64,000 nt of DNA from Candidatus Poribacteria bacterium (GTDB lineage: Bacteria; Poribacteria; WGA-4E; PCPOR2b). Shown piece by piece: positions 30,332-39,640 of the stretch. The stretch's first letter is position 1. Each line of letters begins with the position of its first letter. A model generated the notes under the pieces. The model saw nothing but the letters and a program-made list of their open reading frames with translations. It had not been told where the DNA came from and did not search any database. The position numbers were made by a program, and so were the translations under genes. Location of the stretch: assembly GCA_965208325.1 (NCBI GenBank), contig OZ242326.1:96001-160000 (forward strand), in the 5' to 3' direction.

Positions 30332-30440
30332 CACGAATGAGAGTGGCACATTGCATTGAGCGACGTATTATCTATTCGAAAATTAGGTAGTCTCATTAAT
30401 ACCGAGATTCATATTTTAGCAGGTAAAATTATTGCGTATC

Positions 30441-30449
30441 TGCTATAAT
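30441..30449 (+). promoter_or_regulatory. Extended -10 promoter for the YciI-ADH genes
   Basis: TGCTATAAT about 30 bp before ATG 30479. Confidence 0.5.
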
Positions 30450-30478
30450 TACGATAGCTCAATTCCCGGAGGAGAGTT

Positions 30479-30799
30479 ATGAAAACTTATGCTGTCATCT
30501 TCACCTTTGTGCCGAATGCTATGGAACGGCGAAAACCCTATCGTGATGCGCATCTAAAGCACTTTAATGAACTTAGAGACGCTGGCAAAATTATTATGGC
30601 CGGTCCGTGGGCGGACGCATATGATGGGGGACTAATTTTATTCCGGGCGGAATCTCAGATGGAAGTAGAGGCGATAATTCAGGACGACGCCTACTATAAA
30701 GCTGATCTTTGGCCTGAGATACAAATCCGTGAGTGGAACGTGGTTATATCGTCGCAATCGGCGTTTTTGGATGCAATAGCCCTGCCTTATCCGGTATGA
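30479..30799 (+). CDS. YciI family protein
   Basis: R...R.AHL, GKIIMAGP, GGL, DDAYYKA, IREW. Confidence 0.85.
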   Translation: MKTYAVIFTFVPNAMERRKPYRDAHLKHFNELRDAGKIIMAGPWADAYDGGLILFRAESQMEVEAIIQDDAYYKADLWPEIQIREWNVVISSQSAFLDAIALPYPV

Positions 30800-30864
30800 A
30801 CATCTACGCAGGGCAGGAATAAACATAAGATTATGCAAAAATCGAGCATTTTCAGGGAGTCGGC

Positions 30865-31935
30865 ATGAAAGCGGTTGTATTTCACGCACGTAACCAGCCC
30901 TTGCTACTGGAAGAAGTAGAGTTGCCTTTTCCTGGTCCTGATGAGGTGCTTGTGCAAGTTATGGCGTGCGGCGCAGACATTACTGACTGGAAGATACTGG
31001 ATGGGTTTGCTTACATACCTAAACTGCCAATTGTGCTTGGCCACGAGACAGCAGGAGTTGTGGCAGAAGTCGGAAGCGAAGTGACAAGCTTCAAGCCCGG
31101 TGACCGTGTTGCAGTCTACAACTATTTCTACTGCGGCAAATGTTCCAATTGCCGCGCCCGCAGGGAACAGCTCTGCTTGAACATGGCTGGGCTCTTAGGA
31201 ATACTTGAGCGGGACGGCGGTTACAAGGAGTACACCACGGTGCCCGCCCGGCAACTTGTCCTCGTTCCAAAAAACGTTGCGTGGCATGATGCTGCGGTGT
31301 GCTGTGATGCGGGAATCACGGCAGTTCATGCTGTTGATAGGAGTGGGGTGAAACTGGGAGAAACTGTACTTGTCATCGGCGTTGGGGGCGTGGGCGCAGT
31401 AGTAACGCAGCTGTGCAAGCTGGCGGGCGCTCGTGTCGTGACTGTTGACCAGTCCGAGGTGAAAGTGCGGCGCGCCCGGGAAATGGGTGCCGATACTGCG
31501 CTCAACTCGCGTGAGGTAGACATCACTCAAGCCGTCCTTGACCTCACTGAAGGCGAAGGCGCAGACTGTGTAATGGACGTTGTCGGGGTTGAGGAGACCG
31601 TAACCTACGGAATGGATTCACTGCGGCGCGGCGGGCGGCTCGTGCTTGTCGGATATACCGAGGAACGATACCCGCTGAAAGGTGAGCAGCTTGACCAAAA
31701 CGAACTGACTATCATTGGCACTCGTGGCGGCCGGATGCTAGACCTAATCACTACAGTTCAACTGGTAGCCGCGGGCAAGATTAAGTCCATCGTCACAGAT
31801 TTTTACCCCCTGGAAAAAGCCAACGACGCCCTTGCCTTCTTGCGGGCTGGAAAAGCGTTAGGTCGAGTTGTGTTGCTAACACCAGCCGGCAGAAAGGCGG
31901 TTGGACGACGATCTACCGCACCGCCAATGGGATAG
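30865..31935 (+). CDS. Zinc-binding medium-chain alcohol dehydrogenase (MDR)
   Basis: GHE.AG.V...G, structural Zn CGKCSNC...C, GVGGVG. Confidence 0.92.
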   Translation: MKAVVFHARNQPLLLEEVELPFPGPDEVLVQVMACGADITDWKILDGFAYIPKLPIVLGHETAGVVAEVGSEVTSFKPGDRVAVYNYFYCGKCSNCRARREQLCLNMAGLLGILERDGGYKEYTTVPARQLVLVPKNVAWHDAAVCCDAGITAVHAVDRSGVKLGETVLVIGVGGVGAVVTQLCKLAGARVVTVDQSEVKVRRAREMGADTALNSREVDITQAVLDLTEGEGADCVMDVVGVEETVTYGMDSLRRGGRLVLVGYTEERYPLKGEQLDQNELTIIGTRGGRMLDLITTVQLVAAGKIKSIVTDFYPLEKANDALAFLRAGKALGRVVLLTPAGRKAVGRRSTAPPMG

Positions 31936-32170
31936 GAATCGACCAATCGCTCGTATTTGAAAATTTCTGCATTACTCATCAATGCGTTAAATTGCCTCAT
32001 TCGGCTGCCAATTCGCCAAACGTTGTGTCCATTTCTGTCAATGTACGGCATCTAAACTCACACACATAGATTATCACCAATTTCGTGTGTCAAATTCAAT
32101 CCTATTCCCCTAACCTCTCGAAAGTAAAGTTCAATTTCGACGAAGTCGAAAAAAAAGGAGATAACAGAAA

Positions 32171-33094
32171 ATGGATAAACTAATCATCACTATCACCTCT
32201 GACTCAACGATGTGCTGGCCGCGCAATCCCTATTGCCCCAAGCCATCAGATACCAAGGGCGTTGCGCAGGAATACGTTCGGTCGGTCAATGCCGGAGCTG
32301 CTATCGCCCACACGCACGGATCATACGAGATTGATACCGAGATACAGCCCGACGGACGCCAGTTGCAAGTTCCAATCATGGATGGTTGGCGTGACATTAC
32401 CGATAGAATACGGGCTTCAGGCAATCCGATTTTACAGTTTGGGCTGGCTAGTATTCGGTTAGAGCAAAAGGTCGAGATGTGGAAAGAATTTCGCCCCGAG
32501 ATGACTTCCATTAATTTTAACTCGCATGACGAATTTTTTCAGCCCGACCCTGAATATCCACCGATTGCCTGCTACTCCGTTCACCCAATTAACGAGTTGA
32601 GGGAATACGCCCGATTGGCTAACAAATATAATGTCAAACTAGAAGTTGAGTGCTTTAGCCCCGGGGGTTACTGGGCTGTCAGCAAGATTCGTGAAGGTAA
32701 GTTTTTCAATGACGACGGTACGTACCAGGAAGAGATGGGACTTTTGCCGGATCCGCTTTGGATTGAACTCCTGTTTGGATGGACCGGGCAGGGATGGATG
32801 CCGCCAACAGCGCGTGCGCTCAACTTCATGGTAGACCACTTACCACCTCGTGCAAATTACCATGTGAGTTGTTTGGATCCGGACGCATACTGGCGCTTGA
32901 TAACACACGCCATTGCACTCGGCGGCCACGTGCGTATCGGATTCGAGGACTGTCCCTTCATCGAACCGGGCACGTATGCGACGAGCAACGCTCAACTCGT
33001 GGAAAAAGCGGTCAAAATCGCGAGATCCATGGGGCGGGAAATAGCATCACCTGACGAGGCGCGGGCAATTATAGGCCTGAACAACAAGGCTTAA
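32171..33094 (+). CDS. Beta-keto acid cleavage enzyme (BKACE/Kce, DUF849)
   Basis: MDKLIIT, AGAAIAHTH, EVECF, GGHVRIGFED, SNAQLV, REIASPDEAR. Confidence 0.9.
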   Translation: MDKLIITITSDSTMCWPRNPYCPKPSDTKGVAQEYVRSVNAGAAIAHTHGSYEIDTEIQPDGRQLQVPIMDGWRDITDRIRASGNPILQFGLASIRLEQKVEMWKEFRPEMTSINFNSHDEFFQPDPEYPPIACYSVHPINELREYARLANKYNVKLEVECFSPGGYWAVSKIREGKFFNDDGTYQEEMGLLPDPLWIELLFGWTGQGWMPPTARALNFMVDHLPPRANYHVSCLDPDAYWRLITHAIALGGHVRIGFEDCPFIEPGTYATSNAQLVEKAVKIARSMGREIASPDEARAIIGLNNKA

Positions 33095-33203
33095 TCGGCG
33101 GCAACTGTTCAGATTCATAATAGACAGATGATGCAAATGGAATTTGGATAATCCGTATAAAGTCATGGAGTTGCAGTCGATGCGTCAACAGTATGTAAGT
33201 ATG

Positions 33204-34133
33204 TTATGCGCTGGAACTGGTACGCGGTTCTTCCAACACCTCTCGCAAAAATCCCTTGTGCCGTTCCAATTGGGCAACGGCATCATCCAAATCAACCTCT
33301 TTTACCAACATGATAATTGCAACCTTCGCGCTTCCATTGGCGTGGTTTAACGCCGATCTCGCCGTTGCGTAATCCGTATTCGTAATTTCCATGATGATGC
33401 GTGTACCTCGATCTATCATCTTTGCGTTGGATGCCTGAACATCGACCATGAAGTTGTTGTAAACCTTACCAATTTTAATCATTGAGATGGTGGTCAGCAT
33501 GTTCAGTACGAGCTTCGTCGCCGTACCGGCCTTCATGCGGGTTGAACCTGCGACTATCTCTGGTCCTACAATCGGCGTAATGAATACGTCCACAAATGTC
33601 GTCAACCCGCCCGCTGGCGGGACACAACTGAGGAAGATTGTCTTTGCTCCGATTTGATGTGCCTCCGCTAGTGCCCCAATCACGTAGGGTGTGCGTCCGC
33701 TGCTGGTGATGCCCACAACTGCATCTCGATTTGTAACGCCGTGCTCTCGGATTGCGCGTGCACCCGCGTCAGGATTGTCTTCCGCCCCTTCCACGGACTG
33801 CCGCAGTGCACTATCCCCGCCCGCGATGATTCCATGCACCATACCTGGATCAGTGCTGAAGGTCGGTGGACATTCAGAGGCATCAAGGACGCCAAGCCTG
33901 CCGCTTGTCCCGGCTCCAATGTAAATCAGTCTGCCGCCGCCGCGAAACACGGTTGTAATCAACTCTGCTCCTTCCACGATTGACGGCGTAGCGGATTCAA
34001 CAGCAGCGAATACACTTCGATTTTCATCATTGAAGATCTGTACAATGTCGTCGGCCGATTTGAGATCTATATCGATTGAACTTGAATTTCGTGCTTCGGT
34101 GATGAGTTTAGACAGATTTTCTAACATATTCAT
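33204..34133 (-). CDS. murQ: N-acetylmuramic acid 6-phosphate etherase
   Basis: TEARN, GAGTSGRLGVLDASECPPTF, EGAED, GSTRMKAGTATKLVLNM. Confidence 0.96.
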   Translation of the reverse strand: MNMLENLSKLITEARNSSSIDIDLKSADDIVQIFNDENRSVFAAVESATPSIVEGAELITTVFRGGGRLIYIGAGTSGRLGVLDASECPPTFSTDPGMVHGIIAGGDSALRQSVEGAEDNPDAGARAIREHGVTNRDAVVGITSSGRTPYVIGALAEAHQIGAKTIFLSCVPPAGGLTTFVDVFITPIVGPEIVAGSTRMKAGTATKLVLNMLTTISMIKIGKVYNNFMVDVQASNAKMIDRGTRIIMEITNTDYATARSALNHANGSAKVAIIMLVKEVDLDDAVAQLERHKGFLREVLEEPRTSSSA

Positions 34134-34136
34134 TTA

Positions 34137-35060
34137 TCATGGCGTAACGGGCGGAAATTGAGACATTGCTAACAGGACAGCGCCATAAGCCGGCTCGTGT
34201 TTTGCCAAGTCTATCCGTGCATTCGGTGCAATAGGTTGTAAACGCTCGCGCAATAGACTTACAAACCCCGGCTGATGCGTCAAAATTCCACCGCTAAGAA
34301 TGATGTCGGCTGGTTGCTCTGGTCCTAATTCGGTAATAACCGCTTGGGCGGCGCGCACAAGCTCATCGGCGGCGTGTTGAATAATTCGTCGGGCGACCAA
34401 ATCGCCGTCATTCATCGCAACAAAAACCGAATTTGCAAGTGCGGAAACACAATCTATGCTCGCACCGTGAACCCAACGAATGAGATCGCCCGGTTTTTGC
34501 AGTCCAATTTCGCTTAGCATCATATCCGTCAATTGTGTACCTGCCCCTCGTCCATCCGATGCCCAGACGATCGCGCGTAGGCCGGAAACCGCGATGCCGT
34601 AGCCGCTCCCCTCATCGCCAAGCAGATGTCCCCACCCGCCGGAGCGCACCTCCACCCCGTCGGAGTTTATCCCGTAGACAATCGACCCCGTCCCGGAAAC
34701 TATAATCACACCTTCGAGTTTCCCTGTGCCGCCGACTAGCGCAATTTGCGCGTCGTGTGTCAGAATACAGTTTCTTCTGAAACCAATTTCGCGGCAGATT
34801 TGCCCTATTACTTCCCGATCAGCTCGGCAACCAAGTCCCGCCATGCCGAAACACGAGCCGATACAGTCCTCAAGCGTAAAATTTGCCTGTAAAAGCAACT
34901 GTGAGACGAGGTCTTCCAGAACTTTTTTCGTTTGTGTTTTCCCGGTAGTGTGATAGTTGGCAGCACCAACTTCAAGTCTCGCGTGAAGTTGTCCTGTTTC
35001 GTCCGCTAGAATCCCAACCGTTTTCGTGCCGCCGCCATCAATACCAATAACAAAACGCAC
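34137..35060 (-). CDS. BadF/BadG/BcrA/BcrD-type GlcNAc/MurNAc kinase (MurK-like)
   Basis: GIDGGGTKT, SGTGS, GGWGHLLGDEGSGY; directly upstream of murQ. Confidence 0.88.
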   Translation of the reverse strand: MRFVIGIDGGGTKTVGILADETGQLHARLEVGAANYHTTGKTQTKKVLEDLVSQLLLQANFTLEDCIGSCFGMAGLGCRADREVIGQICREIGFRRNCILTHDAQIALVGGTGKLEGVIIVSGTGSIVYGINSDGVEVRSGGWGHLLGDEGSGYGIAVSGLRAIVWASDGRGAGTQLTDMMLSEIGLQKPGDLIRWVHGASIDCVSALANSVFVAMNDGDLVARRIIQHAADELVRAAQAVITELGPEQPADIILSGGILTHQPGFVSLLRERLQPIAPNARIDLAKHEPAYGAVLLAMSQFPPVTP

Positions 35061-35186
35061 TCATGTCTCCGCGTGGAAGGGATATCATGTACATCAAACG
35101 TAATCACCAATGATACCCGAAAATATAGGACAATTTATCGTAGTTCAGGTAGAATTGTCAAGCGCTTAATGAACCACAAAGCGTGC

Positions 35187-35215
35187 TTGACATATTCGGC
35201 AACTTTCGGTATCCT
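35187..35215 (+). promoter_or_regulatory. sigma70-type promoter upstream of SMP-30 gene
   Basis: TTGACA-17 bp-TATCCT. Confidence 0.45.
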
Positions 35216-35355
35216 TGAGTCGATATTTTGTTTCCCATCCCCGGCGGATAACCAACCCTATACATGCGCCGCGACGCATGACACAAAGGAAAGTGGAAGG
35301 ACGAATCCTCTATGATAAGACCGTACATCATAACTAAATTAAGTGGAGGTTAAGA

Positions 35356-36213
35356 ATGACACCAGAACTAATCGCCGACTACAAATGCGTGATAGGTGAA
35401 GGCCCCTTATGGCATCCCGGCGAAAAGTGTGTATATTGGACTGATATTCCTATGGGAAGGATGTTCCGTTACAATCCAGCTACCGGTGCGCATGAACAGT
35501 TTTACGACGGTGAAGTAGTAGGTGGATTCACAATTCAGGAAGACGGTTCTCTGCTACTTTTCATGGCAAAGGGTGCTATTGCCATCTGGCGGGACGGGCG
35601 TCTCGAGTATGTGTACGAAGAAATCCCGAATGAACGTGAAACACGCTTCAACGACGTAATTGCCGATCCGGCCGGTCGTGTCTTTTGTGGAACTATGTCG
35701 ACCGCGGACCGCCCGGCTCGCCTTTTCCGCCTCGACGTTGATACTCAGTTAACCGAGTTGTTGGATGATGTCGATATCTCGAACGGCATGGGATTTACAC
35801 CTGACCGGAAGCAGATGTATTATACTGATTCGCCGACTCGCGAAATTTACCTGTTCGACTACAGTCAAGATACGGGCGGCATCACAAACAAGCGCGTATT
35901 CGTCCGGACGCCCGAAGGCGAGGGCGTGCCGGATGGAATGACGGTGGATGCGGAGGGCTATGTTTGGTCTGCACGCTGGGATGGGAGTTGCCTCGTCCGC
36001 TACTCGCCTGACGGCCGGGAGGACCGCCGCATCGAATTTCCCGCAAAGAAAGTGTCCAGCGTAATATTCGGCGGCGAAGATTATACGGACATGTATGTCA
36101 CAACGGCGGGAGGAGACAACAAAGTGGGTGAGGGTTACGGCGCTGGCGCGCTGTTTCGAATTAACCTGGGCATCCGAGGAGTACCAGAATTCCTGTCCCG
36201 AATATGTCCCTAA
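35356..36213 (+). CDS. SMP-30/gluconolactonase/LRE family protein
   Basis: GEGPLW, RFND...DPAGR..GTM, SNGMGF, PDGMTVDAEG. Confidence 0.93.
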   Translation: MTPELIADYKCVIGEGPLWHPGEKCVYWTDIPMGRMFRYNPATGAHEQFYDGEVVGGFTIQEDGSLLLFMAKGAIAIWRDGRLEYVYEEIPNERETRFNDVIADPAGRVFCGTMSTADRPARLFRLDVDTQLTELLDDVDISNGMGFTPDRKQMYYTDSPTREIYLFDYSQDTGGITNKRVFVRTPEGEGVPDGMTVDAEGYVWSARWDGSCLVRYSPDGREDRRIEFPAKKVSSVIFGGEDYTDMYVTTAGGDNKVGEGYGAGALFRINLGIRGVPEFLSRICP

Positions 36214-36373
36214 TGAGATGATCATTCGATGACAGTTATGTCCAAAATCGTAGTACGATTGGCAGATTAACGCGAACCGATTTTGCTGTGTCGAACCACA
36301 CACCGTCTCAGGTAATCGGTTGATGTGCCGGTTCCTGACACCGTATGCCTATGCGAACGAATATTGGTCTTTA

Positions 36374-36547
36374 TTACCGTCTTGCAGCATGAACTTCTAA
36401 CCGATGATCGCCCCATAGGGCGAGTTCGCGCTCAATTGTCTGCTCAAGGTGCAGCATGATTTCTGGCGAGGCACGCTCAAGCATTCGCATCGAATAGAAA
36501 GGTTGGCTGGTCCGGCGTTGAACGGCTAGAAACCAATTGAGATCTTC
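36374..36547 (-). pseudogene. 3' remnant of a paralog of the adjacent PhyH-family gene
   Basis: Translates as EDLNWFLAVQRRTSQPFYSMRMLERASPEIMLHLEQTIERELALWGDHRLEVHAARR*; 39/57 identical by hand count to the C-terminus of 36592..37425; no start codon. Confidence 0.85.
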
Positions 36548-36591
36548 TACGGTTTTTGAAAAACTGACACAGCACGTCCCAGTCGCACACG

Positions 36592-37425
36592 CTATGCTGC
36601 CTTTCCCCGCCTGTTAGCATGTACTTCCAATCGGTGTTTACCCCAAAGCACCAACTCCCTCTCCATTGTCTGTTCGAGATGAACCATTATTGTGGGCGAG
36701 GCTTGCTCAAGCATTCGCTTTGTATAAATCGGTTGCCCCGTCCGGCAGGTGAATTCGAGAAATGAGTCGAGATCTTTTAATTCGGCTTCTGTACGAGCTC
36801 GGCAGCCAACGTTGATAGCGAACATACGCCGGTAAGCGTTGCCGCCGAATGACGCATGAAAGGTGTTGTGGTTGAAGATCACAACGTCACCGGGTTCATT
36901 CTCCAGCGCCATTGATGGCATCTTCTCTCTAAGCTCCGGCAAGCTGTCACGGCCGCTCGTATTCCGGCGGACCTGCACGTTTGCCCATTTGTACACCTGG
37001 TTCCGCCACGGTCCTTGAAGGTGACTACCCGGTATTACTCGAAGGCAGCCAGTGTCTTGTGTCAAGGAATCCAAATACATCCCGAATTTCAACGACATAC
37101 ACGAGTGGCGGTCGCTATCCGGGTGGAAATCAATCTCGTCCGCGTAGTAATGGCCGTCGCTGCCAAGATAATTGAAATCTTCCCCTACCAACGGAGTAAG
37201 TGCGCCGCGCACCTTCGGATGCTCCAGCAAAGCCGTGAAACGGTCGCTCAGTGCGATAAATGGAATGAGATCTACTGTTCGCTCACCGTCCGGCTCAAGA
37301 TCGAATTCAACGAACAGCTTAGCGTGCTCTTCGCATATCCATTCAAGCTCATCGCGCATATAGCCCGGTAGATGCAGGTATCCAAACGCCTCGAAAAATG
37401 CCACTTGCGCTTCTGTCAACGCCAT
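36592..37425 (-). CDS. Phytanoyl-CoA dioxygenase (PhyH) family Fe(II)/2OG dioxygenase
   Basis: LTEAQVAFFEAFGYL, HPD, GCLRVIPGSH, PGDVVIF...FHAS...RRM. Confidence 0.9.
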   Translation of the reverse strand: MALTEAQVAFFEAFGYLHLPGYMRDELEWICEEHAKLFVEFDLEPDGERTVDLIPFIALSDRFTALLEHPKVRGALTPLVGEDFNYLGSDGHYYADEIDFHPDSDRHSCMSLKFGMYLDSLTQDTGCLRVIPGSHLQGPWRNQVYKWANVQVRRNTSGRDSLPELREKMPSMALENEPGDVVIFNHNTFHASFGGNAYRRMFAINVGCRARTEAELKDLDSFLEFTCRTGQPIYTKRMLEQASPTIMVHLEQTMERELVLWGKHRLEVHANRRGKAA

Positions 37426-37522
37426 AATTTACTCCTTCCGAACGAGTACCATCATTCTCGGGATATTTCTGTCTCCCTTGCGTCCAGCTTTATATTTTAT
37501 CCGTAAACCACTGTGTCCGACT

Positions 37523-38230
37523 CTACTCTTTCCCGGCAATCACAACGGTGAATTCTCCGCGCGGCAATACTGCTTGAAATTTATCAATGGCTTGGCTTAC
37601 ATTCCCTCGAAAAACTTCCTCAAATTTTTTCGTCAATTCCCGTGCAACGGCGATCCGCCGATTCCCGAAAAGCTCCATGACCGCTTGTAGAAATGGGATT
37701 AGGCGGTGGGGGGATTCGTAAAAAATAAGCGTTCGCCTTTCATTACTTAGCCCCTCCAAGTGTTGTTTTCGTTTGCCCGACTTTGGTGAAAGGAATCCTT
37801 CAAAGACAAAGTTATGCAGCGGAAGCCCCGCAACCGAAGCCGCCGCTATGCAAGCGGAAACGCCGGGAATCGGAACCACTGGGATTTCTGCTTCGATACA
37901 CCGAACCACGAGTTGGTAGCCGGGATCCGAAACTGTCGGTGTGCCTGCGTCCGATACCAAAGCCAAATTGTCGCCGCCTTTCAGTCTTGAAATTAGTTTT
38001 TCCCCTTTCCGCAACTGATTGCCCTCAAAGAAACTGGTGATGGGTGTGTGGATATCGAAGTGCGCAAGAAGTTGGCGGGTATGGCGCGTATCCTCAGCAG
38101 CGATTAGATTGACCTCTCTGAGCGTGCGCAATGCTCGCAGAGTGATGTCTTCCAAGTTTCCGATTGGTGTGCTTACGACGTAAAGCACGCTGTTTTTGGA
38201 GTTGGAGTTTGCGGCAGTCGGCATTCTCAT
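37523..38230 (-). CDS. rsmI: 16S rRNA (cytidine1402-2'-O)-methyltransferase
   Basis: LYVVSTPIGNLEDITLRAL, AEDTR, SDAGTP.VSDPG, YESPHR, ARELTK.FEE. Confidence 0.96.
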   Translation of the reverse strand: MRMPTAANSNSKNSVLYVVSTPIGNLEDITLRALRTLREVNLIAAEDTRHTRQLLAHFDIHTPITSFFEGNQLRKGEKLISRLKGGDNLALVSDAGTPTVSDPGYQLVVRCIEAEIPVVPIPGVSACIAAASVAGLPLHNFVFEGFLSPKSGKRKQHLEGLSNERRTLIFYESPHRLIPFLQAVMELFGNRRIAVARELTKKFEEVFRGNVSQAIDKFQAVLPRGEFTVVIAGKE

Positions 38231-38376
38231 TCCTTCGTTTGAGCATAAGGCACGGCGAAACGAAGGTTCCCAAGTTCATTGTTAACGCCGGAGAAGATTT
38301 TCGAAATTTTGGCGTATCCCGATAACCCCAAATCTTGGAACTACATTTTGCCTAAGTCTGTCAAGGCATTACGCGC

Positions 38377-38925
38377 TCAATAGGTACGGAATAATATATC
38401 AAACACAGGACGTTCATCGACGCGATAATCGAAGGAATCTCGGCACATGATCGTTTTCCCGTGCTGATCCGTGAATTTCAGGCGAATTTTAATCTTGGTA
38501 CTGGGAATTAGTTCATCAAGCGCAAAGGTTTCGTAGAAATCCTGCCGTTCATCAGGTTTTAACGTCAAAGGAAGGTTATTACGGAGCAAACTCGGAAAGA
38601 TGACCGCTTGAGGAACATCATAAAGTTTGGTAACGTACCATTTGCGGCCTATCTTCGATTGTAACCGGGATTCTTGAACTGAAACGGCAACTTGATCGTT
38701 ATCATTGTAAATCCGGAACGAGGTCAGAAACAATAAATTCCCGCCGCGCGTCATGAAGCAATTCGTCTGGCCTTCCAAAAGTTCCACCCTAATATCCGAT
38801 GCCCGCCACCTACGCCGACGGCTTCCCCGATTTGGTTGGCTCGTCCGAAAATCATAAATCCATTTTGCGCTTGAGATTAAGATAGCTGCAATGCCGAATA
38901 TGAGAGCAATTGTCGCACGGTCCAC
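38377..38925 (-). CDS. Hypothetical protein with N-terminal membrane anchor
   Basis: Open frame; hydrophobic IALIFGIAAILIS then a beta-rich soluble part; GTG 38925 chosen as start (uncertain). Confidence 0.6.
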   Translation of the reverse strand: MDRATIALIFGIAAILISSAKWIYDFRTSQPNRGSRRRRWRASDIRVELLEGQTNCFMTRGGNLLFLTSFRIYNDNDQVAVSVQESRLQSKIGRKWYVTKLYDVPQAVIFPSLLRNNLPLTLKPDERQDFYETFALDELIPSTKIKIRLKFTDQHGKTIMCRDSFDYRVDERPVFDILFRTY

Positions 38926-39030
38926 TTGTAAGTAAGTCCCAGAAATCAAAGAGATAACTTTGCTTCTGCTTGGTAATGTCACAGTCTTTGGCGTTCCGGA
39001 CACAGAAGCGGCGTTTTTCGTCCATTCCTT

Positions 39031-39059
39031 TTGACTTTTGTATTGCAGTTGGGTAAAAT
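39031..39059 (+). promoter_or_regulatory. sigma70-type promoter for the candidate selenoprotein gene
   Basis: TTGACT-17 bp-TAAAAT, about 60 bp before ATG 39122. Confidence 0.6.
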
Positions 39060-39121
39060 CTTGGACATCAAAGCCAAACGCAGTTTATGGAGAGAAGACG
39101 GATTTGTCTTATTAGCCAACA

Positions 39122-39607
39122 ATGCCGCGAAGAAACAAAGTCCTCAACATCGGTGACAATGCGCCGCTGTTCACCTTGCAATCCGCTCAAAGAGACGATG
39201 TTAGTCTCGCATCGTATCGCAATAGGCGGCACGTCATTTTAGCCTTTTTCCGAGGCACATGGTGACCTAATAGCCGCCGCCAGTTAGGCGATTTACAAAC
39301 TCACTTGAATGAATATATCAGATTTGGCGCCGAAGCCATCGCGATTGCCGGGCAGTGGCCTCGAGAAGTTCGCCGTTATGCTCAGAGGCACGGCATCGCC
39401 TTTCCGTTACTCATTGATAAGCACCGGACCGTCATTAAAAGCTACGGCGTTTATCATTGGCTAGGACTCGACGCTTATAACATTGCACGTCCCTCGACAT
39501 TCATTGTTGATAAGGAGGGAATTATCCGATTCATTCATGTAGGCTCACACCAGTTTGACCTTCCTAAACATGCCAGTCTCATCGCATGTGTAGAATCCTT
39601 GGAATGA
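39122..39607 (+). CDS. AhpC/TSA (peroxiredoxin-like) protein with in-frame TGA, probable selenocysteine at codon 48 (UxxS)
   Basis: ATG 39122 gives ...IGDNAPLFTL...VSLASY...VILAFFRGTW-TGA(39263-39265)-PNSRRQL..., continuing in frame into ORF 39305..39607 (FPLLID, RPSTFIVDKEGIIRF). Confidence 0.88.
39266..39296 (+). promoter_or_regulatory. Candidate bacterial SECIS hairpin
   Basis: CGCC(39278-81)/GGCG(39287-90) stem with loop AGTTA starting 16 nt after the UGA; CCTAA/TTAGG is an alternative pairing. Confidence 0.5.
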
Positions 39608-39640
39608 ATGAAAATGTAATGGCGCCTGATGACTCTGCAA

